A DNA stretch of 64,000 nucleotides from Hemiscyllium ocellatum. Its lineage: Eukaryota. The stretch lies in NCBI RefSeq assembly GCF_020745735.1, contig NC_083419.1:40756085-40820084 (forward strand). The letters are read 5' to 3'. The notes beneath the pieces were generated by a model. That model saw nothing but the letters and a program-made list of their open reading frames with translations, did no database searches and was not told the DNA's origin. Both the position numbers and the translations under genes were made by a program. Within the stretch, counting starts at the first letter, position 1; each line of letters opens with the position of its first letter. This document shows positions 25,488-37,825 of the stretch, piece after piece.

Positions 25488-26988
25488 GTGAGGGCTCTTG
25501 TGTTAGTAGCCCTTAATGTGATGAATCATTTCATGTGAATGGTGTAAGCATTCACAGGTCGAAAAATGTTTGCAACTTATACAGTTGGAGACTAAATAGG
25601 TATTTTTCTCCAAGCAGACTTAAAGATCCTTTCACTAACTTGTACTTACATTATTCTGTTACTAATAAACTACATGAACTCTGTGCTGCTAACTGAATGT
25701 TTCCTGATGTAATGTAGAATTAAATAGACTTGTTTTACTGATGTGTTACTAAGAAAACCTTGTGCATCGATTCTCAGCTAGTATACACTTTCTAAGTGTA
25801 AAAAGTGATAATTAATAGATTGCTGCCTATTTAATTTATTTCCCTCAAAATACTGACTTCTGTTGGTACTGACACGTTTGCTTGTTCTTGAAATATTTTG
25901 ATTAACTTTCTTGTACTTTTTTACTGATTCATTATTTAAAAATCTTTTGATTTAATACATTCTCACCCACCAGTTTCACACCTCCATGAGAATTACAAAA
26001 ATCTGTCTATTTAATTTGATTCATTCTCATTTATATTTTATTCCTTTGCATTTTTTGATTTGTTTCCATGTTTGAATAAAACATGCTTTTTGTCAAGTTT
26101 CCAATTGAAACTCATTTTCAGATCTGATAAAGTATATAAACTCAGAAGTGCAACCTATTTTATGTTTATTTTCTAATACTGATGTATCATCTGTGTAATT
26201 CATCAACAATCAGTTTGATTTTGCAGTCATTTGAATCTAATTTTATAAACGTGGATACCCTTCCAGCAGCATGCTATACCTTACATGAGTCCACCACTAG
26301 TATAGTAATGGTTGAAATTCAGTTTTGAGGATATCATATCACACTTCCTCATGGACTTAACTAAGCTTTTTCTCATATTGCTTACTGAGAAAAAAAAAAT
26401 TGCTATCTTAACTTTCCCTGCCTCCTTACCCTCTAAATAATTCTACATAGAACAACATTCAAGCTTGGAAGTTTCCTTAGTATCAGTAGCTTGCAATCTA
26501 GATTTTATTGAACTAAGATAGCTGCTGTGAGATACACAATGTGATATATTGCATTTTGTGTACTATTTGTTCATTCTTACTGAACTGGAGATTCATCTGT
26601 TCCCTTTAGCACTGTAATGCCACCAGATGTACTGGGGTCTTTGGAATTTAACGGTCTGTGCACCAAGCATCTAAATTTGTCTTTTTTTAATATTTCTTTC
26701 TTTCTGCACTTCTTTAGATTTGAAGAAAAATTGTATTAGACTATGCACATAGCATACCCATTAGCCTATACTTACAATATTATTGATTCTGCAGATCACA
26801 GAAAAGGGGCATGTTGGCATCCACTTGACCCCAGTCTATCTCATCCCTCTTGCTGTATTGAATGCTTATTATCTGGAATGAATCTCAAGGTTAGGTGCAC
26901 AAGTTAGCTAAATAAGCAGTTTTCTTGGATGGACTCAAGACTATTGGCAAATGGAATAAAACAATCAAAATTTGGCCATTACCAATTG

Positions 26989-27168
26989 CTCTGGAAGTAG
27001 GTTTGCTTGCTAAATAGAAAGCAGGAATTATCAATAGTGCTTCACCTGGAAACCCACTGAAGATGTTCTGTAGAAGGGTGATGAAACGTCTGGAAATGAA
27101 CCTTCCAGCTCAGCGAGCAAACCTACATGCAGAACCTCAACCTGAGCTACAAATCTTCTCAAAACTCG
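26989..27168 (+). mobile_element. Solo PLE 3' end with short inverted 5' piece and degenerate hammerhead
   Basis: Similar to 6850-6950 and 4320-4470 (reverse); CTGAAGA...GAAACGTC; degenerate TSD CCATT.C..ATTG. Confidence 0.82.
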
Positions 27169-27553
27169 CCATTTCACATTGTGTTGAGAGAAAAGGCATT
27201 CAATATGCATCCACTTCACATTGACCTAGAGACAAAAGCTTTGGATAGCCATTGAATGAATTGCTGTGATTTAGTTTAGTACAATTATTGGATTATTGAC
27301 AGACATACAGTACAACCAACATATGAAAGCAATATCTAAGAAAGGATTGTTGTACTCCCCACCCTTCTCTGTAAGCTTAACAAACATGGTGTGTCCAGCT
27401 GAGGTAGAACTGTGTTAAATAAATTGAGTGTCAATTTTTGTTCTAAAGATAGGCAATATTTTAAAACCCCTCCAAACAGTAAAGATATTGAACTGAAATT
27501 CTCAAAGTTACAAAATCCCCGAATAGCTCAGAATACATTGTATATTTTTACAG

Positions 27554-27716
27554 GCATCAGCTTGAAATCCCTGGGCATTATGCACAATTAGAAGCCTTTT
27601 ATGAAGACAAGAAAGGTGTTTTACCAACAGCGATGAGCAGCAAAGGAATTCCTACATCCCTTCAGCCCCTTCACTGGTTGCCACCTGTTAATAAGTACAT
27701 GTATCCAGAAATGAAG
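27554..27716 (+). CDS. DENND11: DENND11 exon 4 ([23 protein letters not shown]...YMYPEMK)
   Basis: ttttacag acceptor, gtaaaa donor, 163 nt, phase consistent. Confidence 0.95.
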
Positions 27717-28322
27717 GTAAAAATAACACAACTATTTAAAGCATTTGGTGTATGAAAGGCATATAGTTGTTCAAAGGGATTTGCAAACCCAAATAATATG
27801 GTAATTACTATGTGCGATACTATTGTCATCTGAACTCTGCTAATTTGGCACAAGTTGAATTTCATAATCACTAGAAAATTAAGTTCTTTTGGCTTTGTTT
27901 TAAGCAATTCTCATAATGCTTTTTGTATTAGGTTTAGATGTTAAAAGCTTCAGTTTATAGTGTGCAAAACAAGTGGGAATGTACATTCTACACTAACATT
28001 TTCAAAGAATGAAAGTTTTGAGCAGATTAAAATGAATATAATAACTTGGAATTTTGAATCAACTGGGAAATATAGCTTCAGGTGTCCACATCATTAGGGG
28101 GAAAAGAATCCAAAGCTTTTTTTTTCTTTTGAAAGCTTATTATCTGGAATGAATCTCAAGGTTAGGTGCACAAGTTAGCTAAATGAGCAGTTTAATTGGA
28201 TGGACTCAAGACTATTGGCAAATGGAACAAAACAATCAAAGTTTGACCATTACAAATTGTGCTGAGAGCAAAGGCATTCAACATGCATCCACTTCACTTT
28301 GGCCTAGAGACAAAAGCCTTTT

Positions 28323-28637
28323 GGGTGGCACGATGGCACAGTGGTTAGCACTGCTGCCTTACAGCGCCAGAGGCCCGGGTTCAATGCCTACCTCAGGCAA
28401 CTGTCTGTATGGAGTTTGCGCATTCTCCATGTGTCTGCGTGTGTTTCATCCGGGTGCTCCGGTTTCCCCCCTCAGTCCAAAAAATGTGCAGGTTAGGTGA
28501 ATTAGCCATGCTAAATTGCCTGTAGTGTTAGGTGAAGGATAAATGTAGGGGAATGGGTTTTGGTGGATTGCTCTTCGGAGGGTTGGTGTGGACTTGTTGG
28601 GCTGAAGGGCCTGTTTCCACACTGTAAGTAATCTAAA
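28323..28637 (+). mobile_element. tRNA-derived V-SINE (HE1-like)
   Basis: A box TGGCACAGTGG, B box GGTTCAATGCC, V-domain GGAGTTTGC.CATTCTCC...CCGGGTGCTCCGGTTTCC, CR1-like tail. Confidence 0.9.
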
Positions 28638-29457
28638 CCTGCATAACAAGTTGTACAAGAGCAGAATTTATTTCTCTCTGGAGTGTAATTTGAAAGCAAC
28701 ATTTTAGTTAATGACCAACCTGCACTACTCTTATTTAGTTCATTACTTCACTGAGAAATCCAAAACCAGTTTGATAGTGAAGTGATTAGAACTTGATTGA
28801 ATGGTTGGGTTTAAGAAATGTCTTAACAAGAGAGTTTGAAAAGCAAAAGGTTCCAGACAATGGACTTGGCTAGTTAAACGTATACCCTATAACGTAAAGG
28901 GAAGCATGAGAAAGTTATGAGAAAGCATGGGAAACTAGAATGAATAAATGCTACATTGATAAATCAAAGTATAGAATCGATATAGACTCAATTAGGAATA
29001 AGATTTAAATGTTACTTTACATCTCACAGTCCTGCTTCTTTTTATATTTTTGTCCATCCATTATGAAAAGTAAGTGCCACTGTTTGACTTTGTTATGTTG
29101 TCTGTGATCAGTCAACTTATTAGAGTCCAGGTTTGGCCAACCCTTATGAGAAAGCATAGGTTCTGCCCAGGAAGGGCTAATTTCACTTTTGTTGCTCCAT
29201 CTTTCATTGTATTTGAATAATTGATATTAGTATCTTCTCAAATATTTAGTATACCCAAGATCAGCGTTATCATGAATTTTATTTGCAATAGCCTAGTCCT
29301 TGCCCTAAAAACACCATTACTGTTTAAAACATACGTGATATGTGTCTCTGTTTGGATTTGTCGTTATTTGAGAATTTGCTGCTAGAATCCTTATTCAGTC
29401 AATTAACTAGCAAATAGTATTATTGAAATGTTGCTAAAATTCTTGTCTTGGAAACAG

Positions 29458-29596
29458 ATCACACATCCTGCAGGGTGCATGTCACAGTTCATCAAGTTTT
29501 TTGGGGAGCAGATAATGGTTCTTTGGAAATTTGCACTTTTAAGGAAACGGATTTTAATTTTCTCTCCCCCTCCCGTTGGAGTGGTCTGCTACAGAG
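29458..29596 (+). CDS. DENND11: DENND11 exon 5 ([18 protein letters not shown]...[10 protein letters not shown])
   Basis: aaacag acceptor, gtgcgt donor, 139 nt; lies within ORF 29428..29613. Confidence 0.96.
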
Positions 29597-29922
29597 GTGC
29601 GTGCTTTGATTGAATTCAGTTTTTCATGCAGTTCGCAATTTAAAGTTCATGTAACGCTAAAAATGAGAATATGAAGCACAGACCATTCTGTCATTTGCAA
29701 TAGTGACTGTTGGCTCCATAGTTGCATAATTCCAGTTATTGACATGAAATATTTTATTATTGTAAGGTTCCAGCTCAAGCTGTGCAGCAGAAACCTAAAC
29801 AAATGATAAGTTACATAGCTAGCATTATTTCTGATTAGAAACAAGATGAGTCTTCATTTTTATTTTATTTCTGCTTGATTAAACACAATGAATACTTAAT
29901 ATTCCTACATAAAGTATAATTT

Positions 29923-30210
29923 GGGGCGGCACCGCTGCCTCACAGCGCCAGGGACCTGGGTTCGATTCCCACCTCGGGCGACTGTCTGTGTGGAGTTTGC
30001 ACATTCTCCCTGTGTCTGCATGGGTTTCTTCTGGGTGCTCCGGTTTCCTCCCACAGTCCAAAAGTGTGCAGGTCAGGTGAATTGGCCGTGCTAAATTGCC
30101 CATAGTATTAGCTTCATTAGTCAGGGGAATGAGTCTAGGTGGGTTACTGTTCAGAAGGTTGGTGTAAACTTGTTGGGCCGAAAGGTCTGTTTCCATACCA
30201 TAGGGAATTA
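29923..30210 (+). mobile_element. V-SINE (HE1-like) with a deletion in the tRNA head
   Basis: B box GGTTCGATTCC and V-domain; homologous to 28323-28637. Confidence 0.88.
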
Positions 30211-30299
30211 ATGCTTTTGCTTCTGAAGATAAGTAATGTATGCAATATTGCAGAGAACCAAAATGGGTTATTCCTTGATCTTGATTATCAATGCAGTAG

Positions 30300-30435
30300 G
30301 AGAAAGTGAAGACTGCAAATGCTGGAGATTAGAGCTGAAAATGTGTTGCTGGAAAAGCACAGCAGGTCAGGCAGCATCCAAGGAGCAGGAGAGTCGACGT
30401 TTCGGGCATGAGCCCTTCTTCAGGAATCTGTGCAG
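30300..30435 (-). mobile_element. Short PLE-derived insertion with intact hammerhead core
   Basis: Minus strand ATTC-CTGAAGA-AGGGC-tcat-GCCC-GAAAC-GTC-GA; TSD TATCAATGCAGTAG at 30286-30299 and 30436-30449. Confidence 0.85.
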
Positions 30436-30682
30436 TATCAATGCAGTAGCTAAATTTGACTTGAAGTTACTTAGACAAGAACGGTTAGATCTTGTGTGAT
30501 CACATCAATTTAACATTGGTAAGGATTTTGAAGTTAGTTTCCATCTTTCTTTGTTAGTTGAATGTCCACATTCCACTTACCCTTTTGTCATCCAGGCAAG
30601 AAATCTAGCCCTCTCTCACCATACTCAGCACATCACTACATTCATTTTCTCTCTCTCTCTTCCCCCATTTTTTCTATTCTAG

Positions 30683-30811
30683 TTTACTGTTGCTGCTGTC
30701 TGGCCAATGTTTCACTGCCTGGGATCAGAGGAGTGCCTGAAACCAAGCCTTACTTCTACATCAGTGTAGCGGATATTGAAACTCTGGAGACAGAAGTATC
30801 TTATGTGGCAT
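30683..30811 (+). CDS. DENND11: DENND11 exon 6 ([14 protein letters not shown]...TEVSYVAC)
   Basis: ttctag acceptor, gtaagt donor, 129 nt. Confidence 0.96.
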
Positions 30812-31162
30812 GTAAGTACATAAAACATTCTGAAATTGCCTTCTAACGTAAGTCTCTTTGAAGACCTAACAGATGGCAGCATTCCAGCATTTTGGTTCTG
30901 TTTGACTGCAAAATCTCAGCATGTTTATAAAAGTTTTACGAAATTTAAGGAGGAATTCTTAAATTGGTGGAAAAAATACATTTTTCTTGTGCTCATCAAG
31001 ATAATTCATAAGAACATCAATTCATGTGGAAAATCCCTTGTCTCCTTTTTTCAGCAATATTCAAGTTCTGCACTACTTAAGGACTAATTGTATAAATGCC
31101 AGTTGGGTTTCCATGAATGTGATCTTGAGCTCTTAATTACAAATTGCATTCCATGTTTTAAG

Positions 31163-31313
31163 GCACAACAGAAAAGATTTTTGAAGAAAAAAAAGATCTA
31201 TATGATGTTTACGTTGATAACCAAAACGTGAAAGCAGACCGTGAGCACCTGCAGCAACTACTTAAAATAAACAGTGCAGATAAGGACAAGTATCGTAAGC
31301 TCAATGACCAGAG
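31163..31313 (+). CDS. DENND11: DENND11 exon 7 ([23 protein letters not shown]...KYRKLNDQR)
   Basis: ttttaag acceptor, gtaagc donor, 151 nt. Confidence 0.95.
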
Positions 31314-31394
31314 GTAAGCAAAATCCCTTTTTCTTTTCCCCTCAGTTTTCCTCTCCCTTTTCCTCTTTTACTTAAAAATTATGTATTGGTTATT

Positions 31395-31615
31395 ACTTCA
31401 GGATATTCCAAGGATTGAGTCCAAAGATGTACAGTATAGGTGGATTGGCCGTGCTAAATTACCCAGAATGTCCAGGGCTGTGTAGGCTAGGTGAACTAGC
31501 TGTGAAAAATCCAGGTTTACAAGGTAGGGGAATGGGTCTGGGTGGGATACTGTTTGGAGGGTCAGTGTAGACTCAATGGGTTGAATGGCCTCCTGCCATA
31601 CTGTAGGGATTCTGA
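31395..31615 (+). mobile_element. 5'-truncated HE1-like SINE
   Basis: GTCCAAAGATGT...GGATTGGCCGTGCTAAATT... and the same 3' tail. Confidence 0.75.
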
Positions 31616-33394
31616 GTGAGGGATAGATACTCCTGACTAATGTATAATTTAGGCAGGCAATGGATGGCTTGTGCTTTTGCCTTGTGAGTACTTTTATTGC
31701 CTTCGCTCTGCAATGGGAACTGTGTATAGCATTCTGTTTATATTTGCATGTGCAATGTTCTGTATTTAATATTGCTTAGAGGGTTTAAATTTTGAAGGCT
31801 TGTCAGAAATGGAATGCCCACAATACTTGAAATGCAATCAGGGAGAAGCTTCTTCAAAAGAGTTCATTGAAGGTTCACTGTGGACATTGAAGATATTTTT
31901 AACAAGGCTTCCCGGAAGTTTCATGATTAGTGATCGCTGTTTGCTTTACTGTAGATCATACTGGAGCTTGTTTGTTAATTGTGACTAGCTTGAAGTGGTT
32001 TTAACTGATTCATTTGGGAGAAGCCAACTATGAACAAGTTGCCCAGCTGATCTTTCCCATTTCTGAAAGAAAACTCTTTGCATTAGTTTGGAATACAACC
32101 TATTTGTTCTGAAAGAATGATTAAAAGAATATCTGGAAGATGCTATTTCCTGAGCAAGCTGTATCCATGAGATCTTAGAGACAGCCATTCATGTCTATAT
32201 GTGCCAGAGCACGAGAGCAAAAGATGCCACAAAATCGTAATCTTTATCTTTTTGACTCCAAGAATAACTTCTTGGTCAGAATTATTGTTTTTTTTTCATA
32301 TAGCCATTCTTTACAGAGAAATCGCTTTTCCTCTGTTTCTGAAGCATATTTGTTCATATTTGCATGTATCATTTGGGGATGTTTGTAGGTGAAAATACCT
32401 CTAAGTTGCTGACTATGTAAGTTCATTAATTATTGTATCTTTATTGGGTAAATTTTGACGAAATAATAAACCTATAATTGTTTAAGAAACCTGGTTGATG
32501 GATCTTTTGAAATTTAAATCTTGATATATGAACAGAGAACTAGGGGTTCAGCTACATAGTTATTTGAAAGTTGTGTCACAGTTAGACAGGGTGGTAAAGA
32601 GATGTTTGCTATGCTTGCCTTCATTGGTCAGACCATTGAGTATGGGTGTTGGGATGTCAACTTGCGGTTGTATGGGATACTGGGGAGTCCACCCTTGGAG
32701 TATGTGTACTGTTCTGGTTGCCCTGCTATAGGAGGGATATTATTAAATTGTAGAAGGTGCAGAAAAGATTTGCAAAGATGTTAGTGGGACTGGAGGGTTT
32801 GAGTTTTAGAGAAAGGCTGAAGAGGCTGGGACTTCTTTCACTGCAGCATAGGAGGTTGTGAGGGGTGACCTTTTGAGGTTTATAAAATGGTGAGGGGCTG
32901 AGATCAGGTGAATAGCAAAAGTCTTTCCCAAGGAGTTCAAAACTAGCAGGCATATTTTTCAGGTGAGAGGGGAAAGATTTAAAAAGGACCTGAGGGGCAC
33001 CTTTTTCAGAGTGATGAGTGTATGGAATGAACTGGTACAGTTAAGACGTTTTTTTTTGTAGATATTTTTATTGAAATTTAACATTTTTGCAAATTTACAA
33101 AAATAAACAAAACTCTCAAATACAAACATTGATGTACAATTAAATCATATATACAATAGTCATAATTTAACAAAGAAAAGAGAAAGAAAGAAAACAAAAA
33201 AAGGAAAAAAAAAGAAACGAAAAAAGAAAGAAAAAAAAACTCTACTTTCTACTAATCTAACCTATAACTAACCAGAGTGTATACCTAAGTCTCTTACACG
33301 CTCGGAATGTATAAACATCAAATATAATAAAACCCGTATTCGCGCAGGATTCCTTTCCCAAGGGGCCCCGGAGCAGCCCGGTCTGAAATCTTCA

Positions 33395-36300
33395 CTAAAT
33401 AAAAGCCCTTGTTAGGATAGCTGAAATATCTGCATTTATGTAATTCAAAAAGGGCTGCCATATTTTATAAAATAATTCAGTCTTTCGGTGCACCATATTT
33501 GTGAGGAAGTCAAGGGGGATATATTCCATAATTAATCTGTGCCAATTTGAAAGTCCAGGGGGGCCCTCAGCCACCCAGTTCACCAAAATATTTTTCCTTG
33601 CACAGAAAGAGAGAATAGAAAATAGTCTCTTCCCATGCATATCCAGAGATGAGAGGTTCGAAAAGCCCAAAAGGAGAGATACAGGGTCCACCCTAATTTC
33701 CGTTCCTAAAATTTCTGTCAGGGTATTTGCCACTTTAGTCCAGTATCTGCGGATTTTCTGACAAGTCCACAGACAATGTACAAGAGTACCCACCTCTATT
33801 TTACATTTGGGACACATTGGAGATGCTCCTGCCTTAAATTTTGCCAATCGAGCCAGAGCTATATGGGCCCTATGAAGTATCTTTAGTTGGATAGCCTGAG
33901 TTCTGTTACAGATAGCAATTCTTCTAGCATTTTCCCAAATGTCATTCCACATATCCTCAGAGATTTCTAGCCCCAAGTCCTGCTCCCATGTTTTAAGCAG
34001 GTCATCCATGTCTCCTGAGACTCCATCATGTAGCAAATGGTATATAGTACTAACGGAGGATGCCCCCGCTGGTCGTAAGACATTACGTTCTCTGTCTGAT
34101 TTATAAAGACTATCTATTAATGTAGTCTTCCTCTGTATATAATCTCGAACTTGGAAGTATCGAAAGAGATCCCCATTAGGTATTCCGAATTTCAGACGCA
34201 GCTGCTCAAAGGACATCAGGATCCCATCTTTAAATAGGTCCCCTAAGCATGAGATACCCCTGGATCTCCAGAGTTTAAAGGTGGCATCTGTAATCCCTGG
34301 TTGGAATCCCCATGCGCCTACTATTGGTGCATGGGGGGATGTTTTATGTGAGTTACCCTCATTTTGCCGCATTATATTCCAGCCCTTAATTGTGTTTAAT
34401 ATTATGGGATTTTTACAGTGGTCTGTAATGATTTTCCTTTTATCTGAAAATAAAAGGTTAAGAAGTGGGTATTTTACTTGGGAGGCTTTGATATCCAGCC
34501 AAATTGATTGTGGATCAGATGAAACCCAATCAGCTATGTAACTTAGTAGGGAGCTTAACTGATATTTCCTAAAGTCTGGGAAGTCCAGTCCTCCCCTTGC
34601 CTGTGGAAGCTGTAGCTTCTTCAGCTTAATAAGGGGCCGTCTATGGTTCCAAATAAAGGAGCCCAACCAGCCATATAATTTACGTAGGGCTAGCCTTGTT
34701 AGCATCAGCGGGAGCATTCTCATAGGATATAAGAGACGGGGCAGAACATTCATTTTAATTAATGCTATTCTCCCTAGCCAGGAAATCGGAAGGTCTCTCC
34801 ATCGCTGGAGGTCCTGCCTTATCCTTTCCATTAATTGTACAAAATTAGCCCTATACAGCTGATCAAATACTGGCGTGATAAAAATACCTAAATATAAGAA
34901 GCCCTCCAGGGACCAACGGAAGGGAAAAGGGGATCCGTCCATTAAGTGGGGTATCATAGCCAGACCACCCATTGGCATGGCTTCCGATTTTGAAAAATTA
35001 ATTTTATAGCCTGAGAATGCACTAAATGTATTAATAACTTGAATTAGACGAGGCACTGACATTAAAGGATTACTGAGGAATAAGAGAACGTCATCTGCAT
35101 AGAGGGTAATTTTGTGTTTACCTGTACCAATCCTCGGGACCGTTATATTAGGATCAGTCCGGATGGCTTCTGCTAATGGTTCGATTATCAGTGTAAACAA
35201 CAATGGTGAGAGAGGACATCCTTGACGGCAGCCCCTACCCACACTGAAGCCATCCGATCTTAACCCATTAGTAATAACAGCTGCTTTGGGGTCATTATAC
35301 AATGTTGAAACCCATTTGGTAAACACCTGTCCAACGCCAAACCTTTCCAATGTGTAAAATAAATATGACCTTCAACCCTATCAAATGCCTTTTCCGCATC
35401 CAATGAAATTACTACTCCTGGTATCTTTCCCTGATGACAGGCTTGGATCATATTCAAGACCCTTCTGATATTGGATGATCTGCGGCCCTTAATAAATCCC
35501 GTCTGGTCCTCCTTTATAATATATGGCAGTACCCTTTCTAGTCTTAGTGCTAACATTTTTGAGAGAATTTTAAAGTCTACATTTAGTAAGGATATTGGTC
35601 TGTAAGATGCACAATCTTCTGGGTCTTTTCCTTTTTTGAGGATAAGAGAAATATTTGCTTCTTTCAGCGTGGGCGGGAGACAGACCTGACTATGCGCAAA
35701 ATTATACATATCCATAAGTGGGTCAACCAATATTCCTGTAAATTCTTTATAGAATTCAGCTTGAAAACCATCCGGGCCCGGTGCTTTTCCGCTCTGAAGT
35801 TGCCTAATTGCCTCAAGTATTTCTTGGACTGTTAAAGGGGTATTTAGGGCCGACACCTGTTCCGGAGTCAGGCCCGGGAAGGTCAAATTTTTAAAAAATG
35901 ACTGCATCCTCCTAATCCTATCTTCACAATCCTGCGATCTATATAGTTCAGAATAAAATTCTTTAAAGGTCGCATTGATCTTTTTATGATCATGAGTCAG
36001 GGTACCTGTACTTTCCTTGATGGTCGGAATAGTTTGAGGGGCTTTCTTTTTCTTTGCAAGAAATGCTAAGTATCTACCCGGTTTGTCGCCATATTCATAT
36101 AATCTTTGTTTCGCAAATAATATTTCCCTTTTAGCCGTTTGAGTAAGCGCGGTGTTTAAAGCTGTCCTAAGAGCTGTAATCCTCTGCAATTTTGTGATAG
36201 AAGGTCTATCAGCGTATGCTGTTTCGGCTGCTTTTAGGCGAGCTTCGAGCAGACGCTGTTGCTCTCCCTTCATTTTCCTCTGGGTCGCTGAATAGGAGAT

Positions 36301-37203
36301 GATCAAACCTCGTGCATAAGCTTTGATGGTCTCCCACATCATTGACGGATTGCTAGCCGTACCAGTATTAATTTCTAAAAAAGTTTTAAGTTCTTGGGAG
36401 AAGTACTTTAAAAATTTGCTATCTTTTATCAGGAACGGGTCCATACGCCAATGCCGAGCAGATGTCCCATTGTTCTTTACCTTAGTTTCCATGTATACAG
36501 CGGCATGGTCAGAGATTGCTATAGTACCTATTTTACAGGTTGCTATAGAGTTTAGAAAAATCGATGGGGCAAAAAACATATCAATTCTTGTGTGACATTT
36601 ATGTGGATTAGAGTAGAAAGAAAAATCTCTACCCTGTGGATGGAGACATCTCCATACATCTACCAATCCTAATTCTTTATTCAGGTCCGCCAGTTGTCTA
36701 GATCTGGGAGATACTCCAGCGGCACTCTTGGGAATCCTGTCTATTTCCGGATCCATAATACAATTAAAGTCTCCCCCTATAATTGTATGACGGGCACCAA
36801 AGGCCATCAGTTTTGAAAAAGCTTCCGTTATGAATTTAAAGGGGTGTGCCGGGGGGCAGTACACATTTAAGATCCCATATTCCTCTCCATTTATGAGGGC
36901 TTTAATCAAAATATATCGTCCAGATTCGTCTTTTATCTGATTTAGAATTTTCAAAGGGAAGTTCTTCCGGACAAGGATAACGACTCCCCTGCTTTTTGAA
37001 TTAAAAGAGGAAAAAAAGGCCTGATCAAATCCGCCCTGTCGTAATTTTAAGTGTTCTTTATCCGACAGGTGTGTCTCCTGTAGGAGAGCTATATCAACTC
37101 TCTCCTTCTTAAGATTTGATAATATTTTCTTCCTTTTAACTGGCGAATTACTCCCCCTGACATTCCAGGTGCACCACTTAACCGACTGTTCAGCCATAAT
37201 CAT
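33395..37203 (-). pseudogene. L1 ORF2p (APE endonuclease, RT, CCHC) with one frameshift at ~35370
   Basis: TWNVRG, LQETH, GGDFN, RID, SDH (EN); PGPDG, YRPISLLN, SLDAEKAFDRVE, QGCPLSP, YADD (RT); CPKC...HCLWTC. Inserting one T restores GAA TGG TCA TAT (EWSY) and joins ORFs 35260..37203 and 33395..35350. Confidence 0.95.
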
Positions 37204-37825
37204 CTGGACAGATCTGAGACCCCTCGGGAGGGGAAACCCTATCTAGAACATCCCGAGCATGGAGCATACAAGATTTACAAAAGTAAAGACTCTCTGATAC
37301 ACTCAAAACAATATAACAAAAAACTCTTTCTAAGTATAAAAAATATAAAACATTCCGAATTGGAGATTTTCTCCCTTGTTCCCAGGGAGCGTCACTTCCT
37401 CTCCCACAGTCCATCTTACCCTCTTCCAACCAGTGCCCCACCCTTGACCCAGGTGTTCCTCAATAAAATGAGGAGAATTCAAATATAATATAAAGCTAGA
37501 GTTAACAGTGAACACCCCACCCCCACCCACACCCACATCTAAATATATTTGGGAATATTAATACCATATATAACTATAAGATTACAATCTCAACATGTAA
37601 TACTTAAATATAATACCACAAAATAACAGGGGAAAGAAAAACAACCCCGCTCCTAAAAACAGAAGTAAAATAGAATAAGGTAACCACCTCTCCCCATCAA
37701 CATTAACCAAACGCCCCAACATATATATATATACATACACACATAGGGGGAAAGATAAGTAAAGATGAAGGGATGTAAACCAAAATAATGGGAAAGGCAG
37801 ACCAGCGTCCACAATCTCTTACAGT

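Larger units (their letters stand above)
26858..28322 (+). repeat. Direct duplication flanking DENND11 exon 4 (26858-27243 with PLE insert; 28129-28322 without)
   Basis: GCTTATTATCTGGAATGAATCTCAAGGTTAGGTGCACAAGTTAGCTAAAT is identical in both copies. Confidence 0.92.

Noticed and set aside
16397-30210. tRNA genes at A/B-box sites
   Set aside because: The boxes are SINE heads followed by a V-domain and LINE-like tail; no complete cloverleaf.
33395-37203. Programmed frameshift or two separate genes in L1 ORF2
   Set aside because: The break falls in the conserved DRVEW motif with no slippery sequence; a 1-bp deletion or sequencing error explains it.
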